Below, in pieces: positions 1 to 11,240 of a DNA stretch of 64,000 nt. Source of the stretch: the human T2T-CHM13v2.0 reference genome, Homo sapiens; NCBI RefSeq assembly GCF_009914755.1, contig NC_060938.1. One strand, 5' to 3'. Under the pieces are notes generated by a model. The model searched no databases, was not told the origin of the DNA, and was given only the letters and a program-made list of their open reading frames with translations. Position 1 is the first letter of the stretch. The number at the start of each line of letters is the position of its first letter. The translations under genes and the position numbers were made by a program.

Positions 1-67
1 TCACCCTGTTGTCCAGGCTGGAGAGCAATGGTGTGATCTTGGCTTACTGCAACCTCCGCCTCCCGGG
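1..67 (-). mobile_element. Alu right-arm fragment, cut by the window edge
   Basis: tgttgtccaggctggag...ggcttactgcaacctccgcctcccgggt matches an antisense Alu right arm. Confidence 0.85.
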
Positions 68-138
68 TGTGTTGTTCCTCTCCTGTGTCCATGTGTTCTC
101 ACTGTTCAGCTCCCACTTATAAGTGAGAACATTGGTGT
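66..138 (-). mobile_element. Short L1PA 3'UTR fragment fused to the Alu fragment
   Basis: gtgtgttgttcc...ctgtgtccatgtgttctcactgttcagctcccacttataagtgagaacat matches an antisense L1PA 3'UTR. Confidence 0.8.
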
Positions 139-511
139 CAATGTTTTTTCATGCATGTCTTGCCTGTAATGATGTGGGGGATGAATTTCACTATGGTGCT
201 AACTTTGTCACCATATCCTAGGGTCTCTTTTTTCTCCTTTTTAGTTAGTTTTTATACTCAGTATTTACTTAACATAGTGTTTTAATAGATAGTGATGAGA
301 ATATATGCTTACATTTTATTTTATTGGATCACAAAAAAGTTGCTCTTCAAGTATTTTATTATTGACACAGAGTCTAACAAACATAAAGAACAGATACTTG
401 TTAGAAATATTTATAATTTGATCCAGCTATTTAGCAAAAATTGTAATATGTATTTCTTTGAATGTTGAGCTCTGTTTCACCTCCTCCTTCTTTCTAATAC
501 CTTTTAGTCAC

Positions 512-950
512 TGTTTTAGGTTGGGTTCCCAAAGAAGCAGATCCTGAGGCATGGATTCGAGTGTAAGAATTAATCATAGATTTGGGAGGAAGAGATCCAA
601 GGAAGGGATGGCGGCAGTGAGAAAAGGCAGGAAATGAAGCTACCGCAGGGAATGTTCTCAAGCAGCTTTCTGCTGTGGGCAGCTCCCCCTGGGACCCTCT
701 GGAGTCAGTACAGATTCTGAGTTGTGTCACATGGAAGGCAATACATCCCTCAGCTCTTATATGTTTGTCATTGGCTAGACACCAATAACCAAGCACTTCC
801 GGCCTACCTATCTGCGGCCCCAGAGAGAGCCCTCAGGTGGAGAACACAGGTGTTGCGGCAAGATGCAGTTGTCTGGCATAGGGACAATCTGGACAAAAGG
901 AATGTGGGCAGGGCCACTGCCTCCTGTGAGATGGTCACCACACCGCCCTC
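512..950 (-). mobile_element. Old ERVL LTR remnant (LTR16-like)
   Basis: ttaggttgggttccc...gaagcagatcctgag...ggattcgagtgtaag resembles an LTR16 end; the family is from memory and the boundaries are approximate. Confidence 0.5.
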
Positions 951-1123
951 AGAATGTTGTTGACCATGCTTCCTAAGGCAGAAAGAACAGGTATTTTTAA
1001 TTTGTACTTTTGAATAAAAATCCTGCAAAAGAGACTTTTTAATCTTTATCAAATTTAGTAAATTTTTGTAAGGTTTTCATAGCCTAGATATAAATCCATA
1101 TTTTAAATAGGCTTCTTCATATT

Positions 1124-1127
1124 TATA

Positions 1128-1176
<49 letters not shown>

Positions 1177-1224
1177 TATATATACACATACATACACACA
1201 CAGACACACACACACACACACATA
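1124..1224. repeat. Compound (TG)n(TA)n(CA)n microsatellite
   Basis: Directly visible alternating purine-pyrimidine tract. Confidence 0.95.
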
Positions 1225-2079
1225 TTTGTGGTCAATGAATTGTTAGTATTTTTATCTGGCAAAGATATTATACAAGGAATAGAAGGATCAGTTTTGCCTT
1301 TTTCTCAGTTTCTCTTGTGCTAACTCTATTAGAATTATCTTCAGTGTGGTGTTTCTTGGAAGAGATCTTTTAATTTATCTATTTTATGACAGTTATTTGC
1401 TTAAAACTAGGTAATATTCATAAATCTATTTAACTGGACACCATAAAATGCAACATGTTACAATAATTACAAAAAAGAATGATGAGGTGATGGTCCAACC
1501 CTTCATATTATGGGATTCCATTTTCCTGCAGGATGCTCTGCTCACTATATGATGTGTGACAGTTTGACATTCAGACCTATTGATTGTTAATTGAAATGAA
1601 ATATTAGTGAAGCTTAACATTTTCCTAAATCTTGGAGTAAAAATAAGTTAGAAGTTCCCATAATTTACCCCAGTGGATCATCTTGTGTGTCCCCTGTGGT
1701 GTGTGCACCCCAGTTTTGAGACCCCTGGACTGTAGGAAACAGTTCAGATGCCTTAGTGTGGCACACACTGTCCTCCATTGCTTATGCTTCCAACCTCAGT
1801 TCTTGCCTGGTCATGCCTCATACCTTGCGTTTTGGTCAATATGAACTTTTTGAAGTTGAATTGATCATGTTGAAGCGTATGGCAGAACCTTCACTTATAA
1901 TTGCTTCTGCTTGGAATGCTCTTTCTTTGGACTGTCCAGTAACACCTCCTCCATGAAACTTGCTGGTCCTTTCCCACGCCTGAGGGAGAACTGAAAACAT
2001 CCTTTTTGGAACACTACAGTACTTTCCTCCTTAGACCTTAACCCTTCTGTTGGACATATTTGCTAACCTTCTTGGCTCC

Positions 2080-2380
<301 letters not shown>

Positions 2381-3348
2381 TGGCTCCACTTATAGACCTT
2401 CATCTCCTTAAAACCAAAGATATTGTCTAATTTATCTTCACATCTCGGGCATGTAGCCCTCAACAGGAACACAGTCATACTGTTGAATTAACTATGGAAG
2501 TGGCACTGCATTGGTCGACCAGAGTAGAGGACTGTGTTTAGCTCTGTGAGTGTCTTGAAGAAGGATTTGGAAAACTGATGTGTACCCAGAAGGAAAGAAT
2601 TGCAAACAATCCCAGAGCAATTGTAGCCTGAGACCAAAGTATAGAATAGCAGAGAAGAGGGATTTGGTTCTAATATAAGGAAGAATTATTTAACAATTAG
2701 AGCTGCTTGAACATGGGATGAATAGCTTTGAAGTATGGTGAGTTTCTCACCGCTGAAGATGTTGAAATAGCCTGAATGGGTAACTTCCTTGAGCAGGCTG
2801 AACAAGGGCTTAAAGCATCTGGAGTGATCACAGTGAGTGAAGAAGAATTTAGATAATCTTTGGACTGCACAACAATCTAGCTGAGATTTGAACCCCTTTG
2901 ATATGTCTAGTGATAGGTCTAAACTTTAATAGATACTGTTTGAAAGAAAAGCAGTGAGGATATTTTAAGTAAACAATCCCTCTGTCATTCTGAGTCTCTG
3001 GATCTAGGTGAGACACAATAGTAATGCTGTTTTGCTTTCTCATGAGTCAGGTGACACTGAAGGCTAAGAAAGTCTTTGAGCTTGTACCGATGCTCTTATT
3101 TTTCTTTGTAACTACAGACAACTAACTTGCTTCCTTTTTTCGTCTTAGAAGTAGTCTATCCTCACCCTGCCCAACCACGGATTTAAAATTTGTGGTCTGA
3201 GAATCCATAACAAAGTGATAAAGTCTCTTGGGTTTGGGAGCAGAGGCAGTTGTCTTAATCTTCCATATATTTAGGGCTGCCTGAGACAGAATTTTAAACT
3301 ACAATATTGAATCGATTAAACTTAATTCAGGATATAAATAGTAAACAT

Positions 3349-3479
3349 GGCCAGGTGCAGTGATTCATGCCTGTAATCTCAGCACTTTGGGAGGCTGAGG
3401 TGGGAGGATTGCTTGAGGCCAGGAGTTCAAGACCAGCCTGGGCAACATAGCGAAACCCCATTGCAAAATAAAAAAAAAA
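3349..3479 (+). mobile_element. FLAM / Alu monomer
   Basis: Single Alu arm plus A-tail, flanked by the repeat aaatagtaaa (TSD). Confidence 0.9.
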
Positions 3480-3554
3480 TAGTAAATACATACCACAGGT
3501 TTAATAGACAGTATAAAATAATCCAATTATTACACATTTATGGGCATGAATCTT

Positions 3555-3670
3555 ATCATATGGAAACAGAGGCTCAGTGAAGTTAAAGAGACTTATCTAA
3601 ATACTGAACGACTAATTGGTTTCAGAACCTAGACCACAATTGTTTGAATCTAATTCCACTTCCATGGTTT
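3555..3670 (-). mobile_element. MIR remnant
   Basis: ggaaacagaggctcagtgaagttaaagagactt resembles the MIR core. Confidence 0.55.
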
Positions 3671-3842
3671 CTTCATTGTATCACACTGCCTCAAAAGTAG
3701 AAGATGTGGTCGCTGCCCTGAAGGACTTTTGCAATCTCCTAAAGGGATAAGACATATCCATAAAACAATGATTGAATAACGAAAGTAAAATGAAGTGCAG
3801 TATATGTGTTACAGCTAAGGAATAGTTGGGAAGGTCAAGAAG

Positions 3843-6597
3843 GTGAGAAATCACAGGCTGGAGGATATGGAGAGTAATCACAGGCCAGAGGACACGGAGA
3901 GTAATCACAGGCCGGAGGACACGGAGCGAAATCACAGGCCGGAGGACACGGAGGGTAATCACAGGCCGGAGGACATGGAGAGAAATCACAGGCCGGAGGA
4001 CACGGAGGGTAATCACAGGCCGGAGGACACGGAGGGTAATCACAGGCCGGAGGACACGGAGAGAAATCACAGGCCGGAGGACACGGAGGGTAATCACAGG
4101 CCGGAGGACACGGAGGGTAATCACAGGCCGGAGGACACGGAGAGAAATCACAGGCCGGAGGACACGGAGGGTAATCACAGGCCGGAGGATATGGAGAGAA
4201 ATCACAGGCCGGAGGACACGGAGGGTAATCACAGGCCGGAGGATATGGAGAGAAATCACAGGCCGGAGGACACGGAGGGTAATCACAGGCCGGAGGACAC
4301 GGAGAGAAATCACAGGCCGGAGGACACGGAGGGTAATCACAGGCCGGAGGATATGGAGAGAAATCACAGGCCGGAGGACACGGAGAGAAATCACAGGCCG
4401 GAGGACACGGAGGGTAATCACAGGCCGGAGGATATGGAGAGAAATCACAGGCCGGAGGATATGGAGAGTAATCACAGGCCGGAGGACACGGAGAGAAATC
4501 ACAGGCCGGAGGATATGGAGAGAAATCACAGGCCGGAGGACACGGAGGGTAATCACAGGCCGGAGGATATGGAGAGTAATCACAGGCTGGAGGATATGCA
4601 GAGTAATCACAGGCTGGAGGATATGGAGAGAAATCACAGGCCGGAGGACACGGAGGGTAATCACAGGCCGGAGGACACGGAGAGAAATCACAGGCCGGAG
4701 GATATGGAGAGAAATCACAGGCCGGAGGACATGGAGAGAAATCACAGGCTGGAGGATATGGAGAGAAATCACAGGCCGGAGGACACGGAGGGTAATCACA
4801 GGCCGGAGGATATGGAGAGTAATCACAGGCTGGAGGATATGGAGAGAAATCACAGGCCGGAGGACACGGAGGGTAATCACAGGCCGGAGGATATGGAGAG
4901 AAATCACAGGCCGGAGGATATGGAGAGAAATCACAGGCCGGAGGACACGGAGGGTAATCACAGGCCGGAGGACACGGAGGGTAATCACAGGCCGGAGGAC
5001 ACGGAGAGAAATCACAGGCCGGAGGATATGGAGAGAAATCACAGGCCGGAGGACACGGAGGGTAATCACAGGCCGGAGGACACGGAGAGTAATCACAGGC
5101 CGGAGGACACGGAGGGTAATCACAGGCCGGAGGACACGGAGAGTAATCACAGGCCGGAGGACACGGAGGGTAATCACAGGCCGGAGGACACGGAGGGTAA
5201 TCACAGGCCGGAGGACACGGAGAGAAATCACAGGCCGGAGGATATGGAGAGAAATCACAGGCCGGAGGACACGGAGGGTAATCACAGGCCGGAGGACACG
5301 GAGGGTAATCACAGGCCGGAGGACACGGAGGGTAATCACAGGCCGGAGGACACGGAGGGTAATCACAGGCCGGAGGACACGGAGAGAAATCACAGGCCGG
5401 AGGATATGGAGAGAAATCACAGGCCGGAGGACACGGAGGGTAATCACAGGCCGGAGGACACGGAGGGTAATCACAGGCCGGAGGACACGGAGGGTAATCA
5501 CAGGCCGGAGGACACGGAGAGAAATCACAGGCCGGAGGATATGGAGAGAAATCACAGGCCGGAGGACACGGAGGGTAATCACAGGCCGGAGGACACGGAG
5601 AGAAATCACAGGCCGGAGGATATGGAGAGAAATCACAGGCCGGAGGACACGGAGGGTAATCACAGGCCGGAGGACACGGAGGGTAATCACAGGCCGGAGG
5701 ACACGGAGGGTAATCACAGGCCGGAGGACACGGAGGGTAATCACAGGCCGGAGGACACGGAGAGTAATCACAGGCTGGAGGATATGGAGAGAAATCACAG
5801 GCCGGAGGATATGGAGAGAAATCACAGGCCGGAGGATATGGAGGGTAATCACAGGCCGGAGGATATGGAGAGTAATCACAGGCCGGAGGACACGGAGGGT
5901 AATCACAGGCCGGAGGATATGGAGAGAAATCACAGGCCGGAGGATATGGAGAGAAATCACAGGCCGGAGGACACGGAGGGTAATCACAGGCCGGAGGATA
6001 TGGAGAGAAATCACAGGCCGGAGGATATGGAGAGAAATCACAGGCCGGAGGACACGGAGGGTAATCACAGGCCGGAGGATATGGAGAGAAATCACAGGCC
6101 GGAGGACATGGAGAGAAATCACAGGCCGGAGGATATGGAGGGTAATCACAGGCCGGAGGATATGGAGAGTAATCACAGGCTGGAGGATATGCAGAGTAAT
6201 CACAGGCTGGAGGATATGGAGAGAAATCACAGGCTGGAGGATATGGAGAGTAATCACAGGCTGGAGGATATGGAGAGAAATCACAGGCTGGAGGATATGG
6301 AGAGAAATCACAGGCTGGGAGAGATGGAGAGAAATCACAGGCTGGGGGATATGGAGAGTAATCACAGGCTGGAGGATATGGAGAGAAATCACAGGCTGGA
6401 GGATATGGAGAGAAATCACAGGCTGGGAGAGATGGAGAGAAATCACAGGCTGGGGGATATGGAGAGTAATCACAGGCTGGAGGATATGGAGAGAAATCAC
6501 AGGCTGGAGGATATGGAGAGAAATCACAAGTGGGAGAGATGGAGAGAAATCACAGGCTGGGGGATATGGAGAGTAATCACAGGCTGGGAGAGATGGA
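3843..6597. repeat. 27-bp minisatellite (VNTR), 102 units, consensus AATCACAGGCYGGAGGAYAYGGAGRGW
   Basis: Uninterrupted 27-bp period. Units were counted from the 9-aa periodicity of the +3843 ORF. One 26-bp unit lies near 6527. Confidence 0.99.
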
Positions 6598-8130
6598 CAT
6601 TTTTATTAAGAGCAACTGTGAAAACAGTTCTGAAAGATAAGTAGGCTTACAAAATTTTTCTTTGGTTGCCAAAGTGCATGTTGGCTTTGTCCACATTCAC
6701 CAGTGTCTTTTCTTCTCTTTTATTTCTTTTTAGTTTAAGAAAAGAAACTATCTGTGTCATACTGGCCAATAGTACACAAGCATCTAATTGTAGCAAATCC
6801 TTATACATTCCAAGTTACCCCCACAAAAAGAGGTCACCATGGTAACCAAACAAAAAGGGACTGGAAAACAGAAGCAGAGTATTTACTTAATGTCTGATGG
6901 GCTCTCTGCATGATTTTCATTAGACCTGCTGCTGGCTTTCTTTCAGGTTTGGGTGCCAGTCACTGTTTACTTTGTAAGTTGTTAAAAGATTAAAAACTTT
7001 ATCGGGCCTTACAATATAGAAAATTGTACTGAGCAGTGAAGTCAGAGCTGTTGATTTTTAAATACATAAATCTTACTCAGATTTGTTAATTTATTACTTA
7101 GAGTTAACCCAGGAGCTATGTAGCTCTTGCCAGTGGAATTCAAGAGCACAGAAGGGTCATTTGATGATGGTAGAGTCTTTCAAGAATGCTACAAAGAAAG
7201 AAGGTGATAGATTTGAAATAATTTTGTTAAGGGCCCTACTATTTATTTTTGCCACCCCCATTAAAAAGGTGTAGAGAATTCTTCAGTTGATATAGAGAAT
7301 TCATTGCTAAATATTTTATGTCAAAGTCTTCAATAGACCATATTAATAAATGCAATCCACTGTGCTCTAGCTAGTTTTAATCCTTTGGTGAGGAAGATTT
7401 TGATGATGAAATAGAAAGCCATGTAGGTTCATAAACTATGTCTGACATTTTCTGAATTGGGGAATAGGACCCACTCTCTTCATTCCTACTGTTGTCTTGG
7501 TACCTCTTTGAAGTGCAAAAACATTACAACTTCAAAAGCGGTCCAGGAAGATGGCGTCTGCAGCTTATGACAAGTGCTGGAAGTGTAGCCAAATATGCAT
7601 CATGTCACTAGGTGGTAGGTTTGCTAGGGATCTTGACATAATTGACTTTCCTTCCTTAAAGACAATTAAAATTTGTGTACAATAAATTGTTTCAATTGAC
7701 ACTTGCTTTTAAAACTCAAACTCCATGTATGTCTTGCTGAAAAGTGATTCTACAATGCAAATGTCGTTCGTTGGAGAAGAAAAGAAAGCTGGATGCTTGT
7801 TTGGAAGCTTAGTAGGCAGGAGGGAGAAAAGTTATTCCATAAAGGAATAGATCTTCTATGGAATGTTTCTGCTCTGAGATATAGATCTGCCCATGTGCAT
7901 ATATGGAATTTGTTGTGTTGACCTAAAATACCTTCTATACATCTTTCTCAGCTAGTTCTCTTTATCTAGTAACTGAGTGTGGAATACTTGGAGCAAGATT
8001 TTCTTTCAATGAAGGGATTTGCCTCCTAGGAGTAGAGTGCACACAATGCCAGACTAATTCTGCACTAGGGTCAAAAAGAAGACAGGTAAAAAATAAATAT
8101 GATTTTTTTTTTCATAAAAACAATATTTGT

Positions 8131-8481
<351 letters not shown>

Positions 8482-8513
8482 TTACTATGTATATTTGTAT
8501 TAATGCCTCAAAT

Positions 8514-8607
8514 ATGATCTATGCTATTTTTGTACTTTGGGATATATACTAATCCTTCTGCCTTCTAAATTGAGCTGTTCATGTGAAGGACAGTCATGCA
8601 GCCCTCA
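8514..8607 (+). repeat. 94-bp local direct repeat, copy 1
   Basis: Ungapped 85/94 match to 10532-10625 by hand alignment. Confidence 0.9.
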
Positions 8608-9901
8608 CCAGTATCATCAACACCTTCCTCACCTTGTAACCGTAGAGGAAGAATTGGAACCAATGTAATGATTGATTCTTATTTGGAATGTTTCTGTCCC
8701 AGCCTCCCAATTTAGTCATTCTTTGGAAAGGAGGGGGTAGGTGTGAGTGAATTTTTGGAGTTAGGATCCAGTAAGAACAAGAGTTATTGAGTTTCAGCTT
8801 TAAAGTTAATGGAGGCAGATTTTGCTCTGAGGAGACGCGTTGGTGGATGTATTCCCATCCTTGAGTTCCTGCACATAAAATCTAGTCCATGCACAGAAAA
8901 GGCCACACTTTAAGGGCTTGAAAACAACACCAGAAGAATCTGGCAAAGAGTTCTTTACTGAAATTAGGGAAATTGGGAAAGTAACTTTGTCCTTTGTCTA
9001 TCTTCAGGGAAAAACATAGGCTGGTGGGAAAAACAAGGGATTTCGGCTAAATCCTTTCTGATTCTTCCTACAATAGCATTTAAGTGCTTGCTTTCTAACC
9101 CTTATCAAATGATTGATATTGACTTTTCCTCGCTTAAGTAAAATTCATCCTTTGTTTAATTTCTGTCCAGTGAACAAAATGCTAGTAACTTTTTCTGGGT
9201 GTAGTCTCAACTAATAGTTTCAATTAGCCAAAAAATTTATTTAGAATCTTCAGTATGTGGCATATGCAAGATTTAAGAAATTAAATTACTCCCCTCTCCG
9301 ATCTCCCTTATGAACCCCCCACCCAAAAGTCAGCACACTTTATTTCACTTGATTGCATAAAAGACCTAGCAGAACGACCTCAGCTGCTTTTTATTTTTTT
9401 AATTTGTGAGTTTGAGTCGGCTGAGCCTTGTCAATAATTCCCTTAAGTATCCAAAGGAACCCTTCTCTTTCTTTGGCTTCTTGTCTCCCACAGGGCCCAT
9501 TATCTCTATTAGCCTGCCTTAGAGAAGGAAGAGACATTCACGACATGGTCTAACTTCTCTGAAGTCAAGGATGCCTTCAAAAGCAAAGTTTGGGCCACTG
9601 GGGGAGGGACTGCAGGAAAGGAGACCACAGGGAGGAGGGAAGGAATTATAAACAAAGGGACAGCTGTGTATTGGCCCATTCTTTCTGGACAATTGTGGAG
9701 CTTCTTTAGAGCCACTGAAGAAAGTAAAATCCAGAGGCACCTTTAAAAAAATGCCATTTAAGGTCTGACTTCTTAAGCTTATCTGCATAAAAAATAAGGA
9801 TAAAAGAAATAATGCAAGCCAGGTGGCAAGATTCTAACCCAATCCGGTTTTCAGTTATGTTTATTTTGTAAAAAGCGACCATTACATTCTCTATTTGGCA
9901 A

Positions 9902-10432
9902 TGATGGGGTTCAGGACATGGTACTCCAAAATATCGCACCTTGGCATTTGAGAAAACAGCAGAAGCAAGGAAGTCATTCTCACCCCGTCTGCGTTCTTCC
10001 CCTGAAGCAGGTAAGAAAACCTGGAAGGGTTTTCTGATTTTCCTCTGAAGAGGGTCATAAGACACTCATTTGAGAGGTGCCCTTCCTCTACCAGGAGGAA
10101 AGGAACATCCTTACCTCTGAAGACACAGGAACACAGAGAAGAATCTGAACAAACAGGTCTTGCTAAGTACTCCCCACCCCCATTTATTAAATTAGATCAT
10201 ACTTTTTATCCAATCATGTCTTCGTGACTCTCGACTTGTTTGTCAAACTTAAAAATTATAAAGGTTTACCACTTTCTTCTAGTCTTCATTTCCTTATGAA
10301 GGCTCCCGTGTTCTGCAAAAGTGATATTAAGTAAATGTGTATGCTTTTCTCTTGTTAATTCTTCTTTTGTTATGGGGGGACTCAGCCGTGATCATCGAAT
10401 GGGTGAGGGAAAGATATTTCTCTTTCTCTACA
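9902..10432 (+). mobile_element. Solo ERV1 LTR (MER31-like)
   Basis: TG...CA termini (tgatggggttcaggaca...ctaca), near-matching 4-bp flanks gcaa/gaaa; family from memory. Confidence 0.7.
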
Positions 10433-10531
10433 GAAATATGCCAGAATAACCCAAATGGGTAAGCCAGGGCATCCCTTGGTTGCAGTTTCCTGGACCAAGA
10501 CCTAAATACCCTCAGATGCTACCCCACTTAA

Positions 10532-10625
10532 ATGATCTATGCTATTTTTGCACTTTAGAATACATACTAATCCTTCTGGCTTCTAAATTGAGCTGTTTAT
10601 GTGAAGGATGGTCATGCAGCCTTCA
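10532..10625 (+). repeat. 94-bp local direct repeat, copy 2
   Basis: Matches 8514-8607. Confidence 0.9.
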
Positions 10626-10960
<335 letters not shown>

Positions 10961-11149
10961 ATTTAAGTTTATAAAATCTTAAATAGCTTTGGGTGAAGTA
11001 TGATTAATAAAGAAGGAAATTATGGAGAGAGAAAAAAGAATTTTTTTCCCTTGATTGTGTAATTTGGATTTTCTTTCCAAATAAATAGCTGCTTCCACTA
11101 GCCAGGTGGAAGCATCTACGTCTGTGACCACAATGAGGCGCTAGGAAGG

Positions 11150-11240
11150 TGGTGCACGCAGAGTGTGCCTTGCCCTCAGCATCTCTTCATTTAGCTGCTC
11201 CTGAGTTGTATCCTTCATAATAAACTGGTAAGAGTAAGTA
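11150..11240 (+). mobile_element. LTR fragment (MER21/MER4-group-like)
   Basis: gcatctcttcatttagctgctcctgagttgtatccttcataataaactggtaa resembles an LTR polyadenylation region. Confidence 0.45.

Noticed and set aside
3843-6597. CRISPR-like array reading of the 27-bp repeat
   Set aside because: Units are head-to-tail with no unique spacers and no cas genes, in primate DNA; it is a minisatellite.
3681-6644. 933-aa and 948-aa ORFs as real genes
   Set aside because: They follow from a stop-free repeat whose length is a multiple of 3. There is no unique domain or exon structure, so they are kept only as a low-prior finding.
8514-8607. snoRNA reading of the 94-bp duplicated segment
   Set aside because: There is no RTGATGA C box with a terminal CTGA, and no evident H/ACA layout.
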